Of a DNA stretch of 64,000 bases, positions 1-10,314 are shown piece after piece. Under the pieces are notes generated by a model, which made no database searches, had not been told where the DNA came from, and worked only from the letters and a program-made list of their open reading frames with translations. Where the stretch lies: assembly GCA_965214405.1 (NCBI GenBank), contig OZ243956.1:2752001-2816000 (forward strand). The letters are read 5' to 3'. Numbering within the stretch: the first letter of the stretch is position 1; each line of letters begins with the position of its first letter. This stretch comes from Trueperaceae bacterium (GTDB taxonomy: Bacteria; Deinococcota; Deinococci; Deinococcales; Trueperaceae). A program made the position numbers and the translations under genes.

Positions 1-1
1 A

Positions 2-781
<780 letters not shown>

Positions 782-783
782 AC

Positions 784-1305
784 GTGGACATTGCGATGGT
801 GGCGCGCACGATTCAGCTTATCCTCGCGCCCGTGGTGGTCGTCACGGCGTGCGCCATCGCGGTGGGCGGCTTTCGGGGCCACTACGCCGTCATCAGCGAG
901 CGGGTGTGGGGCTTGACGCGTGAACGCCTCGAGCTCTTGCGCGGCGACACGCTGCGCCCGTCCGCCCCCGACCACACCCAAGCGCGCCTCGCCGACATCG
1001 ACGCGAGGCTTCCTCCCCTGCTCCGCCGCCTCAGGCTCATGCACGACGCGGTGCTCTTTACTTACAGCGGGATGGCGGTGCTGATTGTCAACATGTTTGT
1101 GATTGCCCTGGCGGTAGAGACGCGCTCGAGCCTCGCCGCCACCTTAGCCCTCGGCTCGTTTTTGCTCGGCGTGACGGGGCTCCTGGTGGGCGTTATTTTG
1201 GCGATTCTCGAGGTGCGCGCCTCGCACACGGCTCACCACGCGCGGTTCCACCTTGCCGCGAGAGGGGCATTTAAGAGAGGTGAGCCCGGGGACGCGCGTC
1301 CTTGA
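784..1305 (+). CDS. DUF2721-type membrane protein
   Basis: IQLILAPVV start, three hydrophobic segments, begins 2 nt after upstream stop. Confidence 0.7.
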   Translation: MDIAMVARTIQLILAPVVVVTACAIAVGGFRGHYAVISERVWGLTRERLELLRGDTLRPSAPDHTQARLADIDARLPPLLRRLRLMHDAVLFTYSGMAVLIVNMFVIALAVETRSSLAATLALGSFLLGVTGLLVGVILAILEVRASHTAHHARFHLAARGAFKRGEPGDARP

Positions 1306-1334
1306 ATTTCTAAGGCAGCACGGAGCATCCGGCG

Positions 1335-4298
1335 TTATTCTGCGGCGGAAGCTTTAGGAAGGTCGCTTAGGAGGCTCTCGAGCGTTACACTTTCCCCATC
1401 GTCTTCCGAGCCAGGCCCTCCTTCGTCAGTCGAAACGGCCCGGAGCACCCCCTGCGCCAGGTCGCGGTTTGAGGCGAAGCTCGCCTGGTGACGGATAACG
1501 TACCGGGAGAGCCTCGAGGCCAGGGCGTGTTCGCCTAGCGCCAGGAGAACTTCGCTAAAACCCGTTAAGGCGTGGAGCGTTTTAGCGAGCATCTTACCCT
1601 CTAAGGCAACCGTCAGGGCTTCGTTCAGGCGCTTTAGCGCCCCCTCACGTTCACCCCTGGTCAGTTCAATGCGGGCGTACTCCACCAAAAGGTAGAGCAG
1701 CCCCTGCTGGTCGTCGATATGCCGGGCAAGCTCGAGGGCCGAGGCAATCTGCTCATACGCCTCGTCGATATCCCCCTGCAAGCGCCTGAGCTGCGCGAGG
1801 CCCCAGCGAAGATACGGCTGAAAGTGTGCCAAGTTGAGCGCTTCACTGAGCGCCGAAACTTCTTTTAAGTCAAGCTCCGCCTGAGCGAGACGACCCACGA
1901 GCATAAAAAGGTTGGCCTGGTTGAGTAGGCAAATGGCGACGCCCACCTGACTGCCTATCTCTTGGTTGAGTTGCCTGGCTTGCGCCAGATACTTCTCGGC
2001 GGCGGCGTAATCTCCTAGGCAAAGCTGCGCGTTGGCGAGGTTGCCTAGGAGCACCGCCTCGCTATTCAGGTCGCGATGCGGGAGGCTGTAGGCTTCCTCG
2101 AGCAGCCCGACCACCCGCCTATAGTCACCCCTATAATCCGCCACAAAGCCCGCCAGATTACTCAGCCCCATCGCCACAAGGTTCGGGTCGCCGTGGGCGC
2201 GGAGCTGCGCCAACGCTTCCTCTGCGAGGTGCAGCGCGCGCTCCGCTTGACCGAGGTAATAGAGCATCCACGAGGAGGCGTAGCGCAGGTTACCGAGAGC
2301 GAGGAGGTATCCGGGCTGTAAGTCAATCTGCAAGTCTGCCCGTAAGTCAAGCTGTGAAGTGAGGCGCTGAGCCGCATGGTCAAAGAGGTCTAAGCCTTCT
2401 TGAGCACGCCCGCTGAATTCAAAAAGATAAGCGAGCGTAAAGACGCCTCTCGCCAACTCGGCGGCGTGGCGCTGCCCCAACTGATAGCGCCACGCACTGC
2501 GGACGTTGTCCAGCTCGCTACCCACCTCGTTAAGGACGACCTTGGCCCCTTCACCCTGGATGGTTTCGAAGCGCTCCTCTAAAAATGACGTGAAGTAGGC
2601 CGCGTGTGCTTGCTGCGCCTTTTGCTCGAGTTCGGGCTGCGCGGCGAGCTTCTGTTTGGTGAACTCGTGCAGCAGCGGGTGACGGTCGTAGCGCCCGTTG
2701 GGCTGCGGGCGCAAGAGCGCCTTGTCATTCAGCGCGACTAAATGCGTCAAGCCCACGCCCGCGACCGCTTGCGCCGCCTCCCTGGTGAAGCCGCCCCTAA
2801 ATACAGCGAGCTTCATAAGCGCACCCTGTTCGTCCTCACTGAGCAGCCGCCAGGAGGACTCGAAGGCCGCCCGGAGGCTCGAGTGGCGCTCCGGCAGACC
2901 GCGCGCCCCGCCGCTCAGCGAAATCAGGTCTTGTTCCAAGTGCTCGGCTATCCCCTCGCAAGACAAGACGTTCACCAAGGCCGCCGCGAGTTCGGTGGCG
3001 AGCGGCGAGCCGCCGACCATGCGGCAGATGCGGGCGACGGCGCTCAAATTCTCTTCTGAAGGATCAAAGCCGTGCCGGTGGCGCTTGGCGCGGTCGATAA
3101 ACAGGGTGAGCGCGTCCGGATACGGTGCGGCGTCCTCGAAAGACAGGCCCTCCAGCCACAACACATGCTCCTCGGCCAAGTTGAGGCGTTCGCGCGAGGT
3201 GACGAGCAGGGCGAGGTTGGGAAGGCGTTCCAGCAGCTCGGGCAAGACCGTCACCGCCTCCACAAGACGCTCAAAACTGTCGAGGATGAGGAGCATAGAC
3301 TGGTCTTTGACGGCTTCGGCGATAGCCTCGACCGGGGCGTCCCCCCTAAGCTCAACGTCAAGCGTGGCGGCGAGGCGGTAGAGGAATTCGTGGGGTGAGG
3401 CGAGCGACTCGAGTTCGACCAGACGAACCCCGTCTCGGAAGCGCCCCTGCTGAATCAGCCGGTTGGCGGCCTCGACCGCGAGCCGCGTTTTGCCCATGCC
3501 CGCCAGGCCGACGAGGCTTAACAGACGGACCTCGCCCCCACGAAAAAGGTTGTCGACGGTTTCTAGCTCCGCACCCCGGCCGACAAACGAGGTGCCCCGC
3601 GTGAGCAGCCGTGGCGCGGTAGGCCGCAACTGGGCTCGAGCCTCAGCAGCGGTGAGGTTTAAGTCGAGACCCACCTCGTGAGCTGAACGCCTCACCTCCG
3701 CCGCGAGCGGGTGCCCGTCGGCTGCGAGCAGCGCATAGACGCGGGGGGCGAGATCGGGCTCGAGCCCGCCCCCGTCATCCAGCACCGTATATGCCTTCTG
3801 AGCATGACCCGCGCCCGCGCCAAAGTCACCCTCTGCCGCCGCCGCTTCGCCGAGCCCCAGGTGCGCCTCGCCCACGCGGCCCGCCAGATATTCGCGCGTG
3901 CTGTAGACCCACTCTTCTAGTTCCGCCGACCAGTCTGTGTAGACGCCGCTCAAGAACGGCCCCCCGTAAGCTTCGGTCGCCTCCTGCCACTCGCCACGCC
4001 CCAACGCCTCCAACACGGTTTGCGCGTCTGTTCCCACCGTGGCCCAGACCTGCGCGTTATCGGCCCCGACGACGTCGCCCGCGCGTTTGAGCCTCGAGAG
4101 TTCGACCGATAAGCTCGCTAGCGGGTCTTTGGCCTCGGGCCAGAAGAGGTCGGCGAGACGCCGCCGCGTCTGTGGACCCTCCAAACACAAGTAAGCGAGC
4201 ATAAGGAGCGGTTTGGCGCGCTTGAAGCTGCTCGCCGACAGCTCGAGGCCGCCGAGCGTGAGCAGCTTAGGCTCCTTGGTGCCGGAGATGGCGGACAT
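1335..4298 (-). CDS. BTAD/SARP-like + STAND (NB-ARC-like) ATPase + TPR regulator
   Basis: Walker A GLAGMGKT, Walker B LLILDSFE, LLVTSRE, GSPLA; N-terminal LLMLAYL..RRRLADLFW; C-terminal TPR-like helices. Confidence 0.85.
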   Translation of the reverse strand: MSAISGTKEPKLLTLGGLELSASSFKRAKPLLMLAYLCLEGPQTRRRLADLFWPEAKDPLASLSVELSRLKRAGDVVGADNAQVWATVGTDAQTVLEALGRGEWQEATEAYGGPFLSGVYTDWSAELEEWVYSTREYLAGRVGEAHLGLGEAAAAEGDFGAGAGHAQKAYTVLDDGGGLEPDLAPRVYALLAADGHPLAAEVRRSAHEVGLDLNLTAAEARAQLRPTAPRLLTRGTSFVGRGAELETVDNLFRGGEVRLLSLVGLAGMGKTRLAVEAANRLIQQGRFRDGVRLVELESLASPHEFLYRLAATLDVELRGDAPVEAIAEAVKDQSMLLILDSFERLVEAVTVLPELLERLPNLALLVTSRERLNLAEEHVLWLEGLSFEDAAPYPDALTLFIDRAKRHRHGFDPSEENLSAVARICRMVGGSPLATELAAALVNVLSCEGIAEHLEQDLISLSGGARGLPERHSSLRAAFESSWRLLSEDEQGALMKLAVFRGGFTREAAQAVAGVGLTHLVALNDKALLRPQPNGRYDRHPLLHEFTKQKLAAQPELEQKAQQAHAAYFTSFLEERFETIQGEGAKVVLNEVGSELDNVRSAWRYQLGQRHAAELARGVFTLAYLFEFSGRAQEGLDLFDHAAQRLTSQLDLRADLQIDLQPGYLLALGNLRYASSWMLYYLGQAERALHLAEEALAQLRAHGDPNLVAMGLSNLAGFVADYRGDYRRVVGLLEEAYSLPHRDLNSEAVLLGNLANAQLCLGDYAAAEKYLAQARQLNQEIGSQVGVAICLLNQANLFMLVGRLAQAELDLKEVSALSEALNLAHFQPYLRWGLAQLRRLQGDIDEAYEQIASALELARHIDDQQGLLYLLVEYARIELTRGEREGALKRLNEALTVALEGKMLAKTLHALTGFSEVLLALGEHALASRLSRYVIRHQASFASNRDLAQGVLRAVSTDEGGPGSEDDGESVTLESLLSDLPKASAAE

Positions 4299-4301
4299 GC
4301 G

Positions 4302-5156
4302 CTAGGGCGCCCTGAGCGACGCCCGCTGAAAGCGTTCGGGGGTGGTTCGGGTAAAGCGCCTAAACGTATTGGTCAGGTGGGCTTGGTCGGTAAAGCCTAA
4401 GTCTTGGGCGACCTTGGCGACCTTTTCGCCCTCGGCGAGCTTGTCTACCGCCAGGCAGACGCGCAGCCCCGTCTGGTATTCGTGGGGCGAAAGACCGACG
4501 TCACGCCTGAAGACCCGCATCAGATAGTGCTTGTTGAGCCCGGCCAGCCGCGCCAGGTCGTCTAGCCTGAGGTCTTGTCCGGGGGTGTGGTGAAGCACCT
4601 CTTTGACCACCCGCACGGCCTTGTGTTCTCGGCCGAGTTTTCCTTCGCTCGGCGGCGTGCCCGAGCAGCAGGTGAGCACCGCGTGCAAGAGGTCGAGCAG
4701 CCTGCCCTCGCGCTCTAAGTGACTGGCCGGTTCTTCGAACGCCTGGACCGCGCTTAAGATCATGTGGAGAAGCGGCTCTCTGAGATTTTCGGGCGGGTGC
4801 ATATGGGGTAGAACCAACTCCTTTGCCCCCAAGGTTGAGAGAAGCTGCTCCGCATATTCGGGCGAAAAGCAGAGCCAGGCGGTGCTGAGCGGCGCATCAT
4901 CCAACGCTTCAGGCCGGAAAACCTCGCCCGGCTGCTGAAGCCAGACGAGATCGTGACCTGGGTGGTAGCGTAAACGCTCCCTACCGTAGCGGACGCGGTA
5001 GCTCCCGAAGCGCGGGTGGGCCAGAAAGTGGTAGCCCTGCACGACGTGAAGCGGCAGACTGTACCGGCTCACATGTTTACACGAGACGAGGTAGAGCCCC
5101 TCAAAGTCATTTGGCCGCCACACCCTGCCAGCTTCGGGTTCGCTCGAGTGCGTCAT
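4302..5156 (-). CDS. AraC family transcriptional regulator
   Basis: C-terminal LDDLARLAGLNKHYLMRVF...LGFTDQAHLTNTFRR. Confidence 0.9.
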   Translation of the reverse strand: MTHSSEPEAGRVWRPNDFEGLYLVSCKHVSRYSLPLHVVQGYHFLAHPRFGSYRVRYGRERLRYHPGHDLVWLQQPGEVFRPEALDDAPLSTAWLCFSPEYAEQLLSTLGAKELVLPHMHPPENLREPLLHMILSAVQAFEEPASHLEREGRLLDLLHAVLTCCSGTPPSEGKLGREHKAVRVVKEVLHHTPGQDLRLDDLARLAGLNKHYLMRVFRRDVGLSPHEYQTGLRVCLAVDKLAEGEKVAKVAQDLGFTDQAHLTNTFRRFTRTTPERFQRASLRAP

Positions 5157-5203
5157 GGCTGCGTCCTTATCTCCGCCCCCGCCGATGAAATTGTGTAAAA
5201 ACT

Positions 5204-6333
5204 CTCAGTACACGACAGATTTGAAATAAAGGGCTCTCCAGTGAAGAATGGATGTTGCGAGACACCACTTCAAGGGAGAGCATATGAAGCATACCGGGTT
5301 GCTGGCACAGTTGAAAGCGAGCGGCTTAAAGCTGCACCCGTCACGGCTTAAGTTCTTGAGCTTGTTGATGATCGCGATGGTGCAGGCAAAGACGGTGAAC
5401 TTGGCGACGTTGGTAGGCATGATGGAGGGCAGAGCCCAGCCGGACTCGCTTTACAGACGGGCGCAACGGTTTTTCCAAGGCTTGCACTTGGCCGATGAGA
5501 CAGTTTTCAGGTACGCGCTGAGTCTAGGTCCCAAGCGAAGCTACAGCCTGTGCCTAGACCGGACGAACTGGAAGTTTGGCAAACTCGACATCAACATCTT
5601 GACCCTGGCTTATGCGCATGAGGGCGTAGCGGTTCCCTTACTGTGGTGTCTTTTGCCCAAGGCTGGCAACTCCGCCACGCAAGAACGCATTACGCTTTTG
5701 GAGCGTTTGCTAAAACTTTTGCCCGTAGACCAGCTAGAGGTGCTGCTAGCCGATAGGGAGTTCATCGGGGGCGACTGGTTCGCTTATCTTGAGCGTAAGC
5801 ACATCCCTTTCGTTATCCGCGTGCGTAAAGACGCTCTCGGTGATGGCTGGTTTCATCTGTTCGGCTTTTTCCAGCATCTACCTGTGGGTGAGCACAAGGT
5901 ACTTAAACAGCGCTACACTGTCTTTGGTGTTGAGCTTGGGGTTGCAGGCGCGCGTTTAGAGGGTGGAGAATACATCATCGTCGTCACCAACCGCAATCCT
6001 AAGCAGGCCCTCGCAAGCTACGCGAAGCGCTGGCAGATAGAATGCTTGTTCAAAGCCTTGAAAAGCAGCGGCTTTGACTTTGAAGCTACGCATCTCAAGC
6101 ACCTAGAGCGCATTAACACCTTACTTGTCGTTGTGACCCTGGCTTTCTTATGGGCCTTGAAAGTCGGAGCATTTGTTCACCGTCAGCTCAAACCTGTTCG
6201 AATGAAGTCGCACGGGCGCAAGCAGAAGTCTTTATTCCGGGCAGGCTTAGACCATCTCAGGCATCTGCTCACCAACTCGGCAACCAAAAAGCCTGACCTG
6301 GACCGCTGTTTTCGGCTTTTGTCGTGTACTTAG
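5204..6333 (+). mobile_element. IS4-family insertion sequence (~1130 bp)
   Basis: Terminal inverted repeats CTCAGTACACGACAGAT (5204-5220) and TTTTGTCGTGTACTTAG (6317-6333), 14/17 match; single transposase; no target duplication seen. Confidence 0.85.
5284..6333 (+). CDS. IS4 family DDE transposase
   Basis: LDRTNWKFG, LADREF and YAKRWQIECLFKALK (YREK signature); SD GGGAG before ATG 5284 (ORF open from 5248); stop lies in the right IR. Confidence 0.92.
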   Translation: MKHTGLLAQLKASGLKLHPSRLKFLSLLMIAMVQAKTVNLATLVGMMEGRAQPDSLYRRAQRFFQGLHLADETVFRYALSLGPKRSYSLCLDRTNWKFGKLDINILTLAYAHEGVAVPLLWCLLPKAGNSATQERITLLERLLKLLPVDQLEVLLADREFIGGDWFAYLERKHIPFVIRVRKDALGDGWFHLFGFFQHLPVGEHKVLKQRYTVFGVELGVAGARLEGGEYIIVVTNRNPKQALASYAKRWQIECLFKALKSSGFDFEATHLKHLERINTLLVVVTLAFLWALKVGAFVHRQLKPVRMKSHGRKQKSLFRAGLDHLRHLLTNSATKKPDLDRCFRLLSCT

Positions 6334-6453
6334 CAGTCAGGGTAAAGGAAAGAATCGAGGCAGCTGAGACTCGTAACAACCGGTAAAAATCTCTTGTTTT
6401 TTCCGCTGTTTCCCAATCTCTCATTTATGTAAACACACTTTAGGGCTCGAGCG

Positions 6454-7332
6454 TTACTCGAGCCCGCCCAGCCACCCCGCCAACGCCTTACCTATCTCAT
6501 CCGGCCTGTCCTCGGGCAAGAAGTGCAAACCCTCTCCCACATTGACCGCCGTCAAGTGGCTCAGGCCTCTGCACCACGCCACCTCGTCCGCCCCAATGAC
6601 CGCGCCCGGTTCTGCGTACAAAAGGAGCTTAGGCACGTCTGAGGTGGTGAGGTAATTCCTGTAGCCGTTCACAACGTCCGTTACGTCCGCCGGGTGACCC
6701 TCGATAGGAATCTCCCTCACCCACTGCAAGATGGGCTTTCGGGCGCGCTTTTCCACGTAGGGCGCGCGGTAGGCGTCCATCTCTTTCCCAGAAAGCTCGC
6801 GCCGCGTGCCCCCCGGCAGCACCGTTTCGACAAAAAAGTTTTCTTCTATGACCATCTCCTCCCCCACGCCCTGCGTACGGAGCTTCTTAAACATCTCCTG
6901 TGAATCCGCGTCGAAGTGCGCCCACGCCTCGATGGGGTGCAGGTGCCCTTCCATAAAGGCGACGGCTTTTACGTTTTCGGGATGGCGCGTTAGGTAGTGG
7001 AGCCCCAGCACGACGCCCCAGTCGTGCATGACGAGGGTGAGGGTGTTTAGCTCGAGCGCCCCGATAAACGCGTCCAGGTAGTCAATGTGGTCCCCCAGCC
7101 GATACGTGATATCCGGCTTTCCCGACCCGCCCATGCCGATGAGGTCCGGGGCGATACAGCGGCCCAGCGATGCGACGTGGGGGATGACGTTGCGCCACAA
7201 GTAGGACGAGGTGGGGTTGCCGTGAAGGAACAAGATGGGGTCGCCCGCGCCCGCCTCGAGGAAGTGCATCAACGAGTCCTTGACCGCAACGGTTTTGGAG
7301 CTGAGGGTGTCAGGGATGCTCGCTCGAGTCAT
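6454..7332 (-). CDS. Haloalkane dehalogenase (DhaA/LinB-like)
   Basis: FLHGNPTSSYLWRNVIP, nucleophile HDWG, acid FME, catalytic His in GLHF. Confidence 0.88.
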   Translation of the reverse strand: MTRASIPDTLSSKTVAVKDSLMHFLEAGAGDPILFLHGNPTSSYLWRNVIPHVASLGRCIAPDLIGMGGSGKPDITYRLGDHIDYLDAFIGALELNTLTLVMHDWGVVLGLHYLTRHPENVKAVAFMEGHLHPIEAWAHFDADSQEMFKKLRTQGVGEEMVIEENFFVETVLPGGTRRELSGKEMDAYRAPYVEKRARKPILQWVREIPIEGHPADVTDVVNGYRNYLTTSDVPKLLLYAEPGAVIGADEVAWCRGLSHLTAVNVGEGLHFLPEDRPDEIGKALAGWLGGLE

Positions 7333-7350
7333 GGTCGCTCCGTTCTTGTG

Positions 7351-7376
7351 GTGAACCGGCTGTGTGAACCGGCTGT
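7351..7376. repeat. Perfect 13-bp tandem duplication (GTGAACCGGCTGT x2)
   Basis: Read directly. Confidence 0.9.
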
Positions 7377-7668
7377 AACGTTCTGCTTGAACCCAAGCTT
7401 ACTGCGGTCACGCAGCCCGGTGACGTTCTACCCACGCAAAGCGTTCGTCACCGCAAATTGTGGACGGCGGATTGTGCAGTGTTGAACAGGCGTGACAACT
7501 GGGTAAACCTAACGACAGGGCGTTTAGAAGGTTAGCTTGCAAGTGCAGCATTGACGTTCGAAAATGTTTATAACCGGCCCTGTAAGCTTTCAGTAAGAGA
7601 GCCTTCCTATACTATCTATAGTCCTCTGAAATCCGGACTACCTGCACCTTATCCAACGGGGGTTTACC

Positions 7669-9681
7669 ATGTCGTCATGCTCACACTGCCGCACCCTTTC
7701 TAAACTCAGCGACGAGGGTAGCGTTTTGCGCCTCACGCATCCGCTGGGCCACACGCGCGCCAAACTGCGCCGCGTCCTCGCTCAGCATTACGCGGTGCAA
7801 AGTAGTGACCACGGCTTGTCCGTGGTGGTGCCGCCCAACGCGCTAAATGACGTGGCGGGCTTGCTCGAGCACCACCTCAGCCAGAGTGAGCGTGAAAGCT
7901 GCCAGGCGCTGCTCCTCGCTGAGGGGGAAACGTTAAGTATTGATAAGATGGCGCAGGTTCAGCCGCTGGTTGCGCTTATTGCCAAAATTCGCTCGGGCTG
8001 GCTCGTCGACATGCTCAACGACGACGACTTTTACGCCGTTTTTCAGCCCATCGTTTCCGCAAGCGAGCCCGAACGCGCCTTTGCGTACGAATGCCTGCTC
8101 CGGGGCCGCGACGCCCAGGGTCAAATGATACCGCCGGGGCTCATCTTCGGGGCTGCGCGTAGCGCGGGCCTGCTCTTTCACCTAGACCGCACCGCCCGCT
8201 TGACCGCCATCCGCGACGCGCAGCGCCACGGGGTCACGACGCCTATTTTCATCAACTTCAACCCGACCTCGATCTACGATCCCGCGTTTTGCCTCAAGAC
8301 GACCATCCAGGCCATCAAAGACGCCAACATTTCCGCCGACCGCGTCGTGTTCGAGGTGATCGAGAGCGACGCGGTGAGCGACCCCGCGCACCTGCTCAAC
8401 ATCGTCCGCTTCTACCGCGAGCAGGGTTTTCGCATCGCCATTGACGATTTTGGCGCGGGCTACAGCTCGATCAACCTTCTCACGCAGCTTAAACCCGACT
8501 TTGTCAAGTTTGACCGGGAACTCATCCGCTTTATCGACGAAGAGCCCTACAAGCAAAAGGTGCTGGGCAAGCTTATCGAGATGGCGCGCGAGCTTGGCGT
8601 GCGGACGCTGGGTGAAGGCATCGAGCGTGAAGAGGAATTCCTTTGGCTGCGTGAACGCGGCGTAGACCTTTTTCAGGGCTTTTTCTTCGCCCGACCGGCC
8701 AGCCCGCCACCGCAACCGCAGGCCGTCCTCACGTTAGAAAAGCCCGCAGCCACGCCTCTTCCGACCGAAGGGTTTGACATCGACTTAGACTTTTCGTTGG
8801 ACGACCGCTCGCTCCAGGGCGTGCTCGACTCGCTCAATGAGCAGGTGGCGGTTATCGACCGGAGTGGCAAGATTGTGATGGTCAACCATGCCTGGCGGCG
8901 CGTTGGGGGCCAAGAGGGTGAGGGCACGCGTTTTACCGGGGTCAATTATCTCGACGTCTGCCGCGCGTCCGCCGCAGCGGGTGAACTCAACGCGCTCCTA
9001 AGCTACGAAGGCATTCTCCGGGTGCTCAACGGTCAAGCGCCCGAATTTAGCCTCGAGTACCCCTGCGAAACCCCCCAGGGCGAGCGCTGGTTCTTGATGA
9101 AGGTCACGCCTCTTACCAAGGGTCGTAGCGGCGCGGTCGTGCTTCACGTGGACATTACCGAGCGCAAGCGGCAAGAGGAGCGCATTAGCCTGTTGGCGAA
9201 CTACGACCAGCTCACCGGGGCGGCGAACCGGCGGCACTTTTACGAGCAGGCGCACCAGAGGCTCGAGACCGCGCAGCGCGAGCTGGTTCCCTTTTCTCTG
9301 CTCTACTTAGACCTAGACGGCTTCAAGGCCATCAACGACCGCTTCGGCCACGCCTGCGGCGACGGGCTTTTGCAGCACGTGAGCGGGCGCTTAAAGGGGC
9401 TCTTGCGCGAGGGCGACCTTTTAGCGCGCTTTGGCGGGGACGAGTTCGTGCTTCTGCTCAGCCACGTCTCGAGCCTTGAGGTCGGCGCGGTCGCCGCGCG
9501 GTTTAACCGCGTTCTCGAGCAACCCTTCGCGCTGGGCGCGCAGACCCTCACCTGTAGCGGCAGCCTGGGCGCGGCGTCCTACCCCGAACACGGCCGCACC
9601 GTCGACGAACTCTTGCAGCGCGCGGACGAGGCCATGTACCAGGCCAAAGCGCGCGCGGGCACACTCGCAAGGGCCAGCTAG
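7669..9681 (+). CDS. EAL-PAS-GGDEF c-di-GMP phosphodiesterase/diguanylate cyclase
   Basis: FQPIV..YECLLR, FINF, FEVIE, IDDFGAGYS; PAS (GVNYLDVC..FSLEYPC); C-terminal LDLDGFKAIND and ARFGGDEF. Confidence 0.9.
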   Translation: MSSCSHCRTLSKLSDEGSVLRLTHPLGHTRAKLRRVLAQHYAVQSSDHGLSVVVPPNALNDVAGLLEHHLSQSERESCQALLLAEGETLSIDKMAQVQPLVALIAKIRSGWLVDMLNDDDFYAVFQPIVSASEPERAFAYECLLRGRDAQGQMIPPGLIFGAARSAGLLFHLDRTARLTAIRDAQRHGVTTPIFINFNPTSIYDPAFCLKTTIQAIKDANISADRVVFEVIESDAVSDPAHLLNIVRFYREQGFRIAIDDFGAGYSSINLLTQLKPDFVKFDRELIRFIDEEPYKQKVLGKLIEMARELGVRTLGEGIEREEEFLWLRERGVDLFQGFFFARPASPPPQPQAVLTLEKPAATPLPTEGFDIDLDFSLDDRSLQGVLDSLNEQVAVIDRSGKIVMVNHAWRRVGGQEGEGTRFTGVNYLDVCRASAAAGELNALLSYEGILRVLNGQAPEFSLEYPCETPQGERWFLMKVTPLTKGRSGAVVLHVDITERKRQEERISLLANYDQLTGAANRRHFYEQAHQRLETAQRELVPFSLLYLDLDGFKAINDRFGHACGDGLLQHVSGRLKGLLREGDLLARFGGDEFVLLLSHVSSLEVGAVAARFNRVLEQPFALGAQTLTCSGSLGAASYPEHGRTVDELLQRADEAMYQAKARAGTLARAS

Positions 9682-9739
9682 TAAGACTCGCTCTTGGGCC
9701 CTCGAGCCCACGGTACTGAGTTACGGTGTCACATGCGCC

Positions 9740-10198
9740 TCAAGCGAGGCGCAACTCTTCTAACGACGCTCTCGCGCTACCCCCGCTGATATCCGGGATG
9801 ATAAAAAGCTCTAAGGCGCTTACGCCCTCAAGGTTGACCTGATAATCTTCAACCTCATGCGTGGCACCGTTGGGAGAAAAGTTGTACTGCTGGCGCGTAA
9901 TCTCCCTGTAAGGCTCGCCCTCCGGAGCCCAGCGCAGCACGAACTCCTGCGTGCGCGTTTCCTCCACGTGAAAAGCGAGCCTGATGTGGCTGAGCTTCTG
10001 CGGCGCGTCGAAAAGGAGGCGGACGCGCCCCTCGCCCGGCTCCGCCGCGCGCCAGCCTGCGCCCGCGCCAGGTATCAAAGCTCCTTCAATGGGGTGCGTT
10101 TCCTCCTCGGAGGAGACCTCAACCTGCGCCAAGCGCTCTAAATCCAGCCAATCGCCCTGGGTGGTTGTTGCATCCTGACTAACGACTCTTTTACGCAT
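9740..10198 (-). CDS. Conserved hypothetical protein, possible beta-sandwich/carbohydrate-binding fold
   Basis: SD GGAGGAGG before MRKRVV; WLDLE..VEVSSE..HPIE..RQQYNFSP. Confidence 0.65.
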   Translation of the reverse strand: MRKRVVSQDATTTQGDWLDLERLAQVEVSSEEETHPIEGALIPGAGAGWRAAEPGEGRVRLLFDAPQKLSHIRLAFHVEETRTQEFVLRWAPEGEPYREITRQQYNFSPNGATHEVEDYQVNLEGVSALELFIIPDISGGSARASLEELRLA

Positions 10199-10279
10199 CG
10201 CTGCGCCTCCTCCTGAAGTCCTGTTGTACCTAGCCACCAGTATGGCACGCTCTTTCATCGCCAATGCTCGTCCTCGAGC

Positions 10280-10308
10280 TTGACACGTGTTATACCGTTC
10301 GGTATAGT
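10280..10308 (+). promoter_or_regulatory. Sigma70 promoter of tetR (leaderless) with overlapping operator
   Basis: TTGACA (10280), 17 bp spacer, TATAGT (10303); ATG 6 nt downstream; palindrome TATACCGTTCGGTATA at 10291-10306. Confidence 0.85.
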
Positions 10309-10314
10309 TTAGTC

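Noticed and set aside
1335..4298. STAND-TPR protein as an Avs-type antiphage system
   Set aside because: The N-terminus looks like a DNA-binding/BTAD module rather than a nuclease, SIR2 or protease effector, and there are no defence genes nearby.
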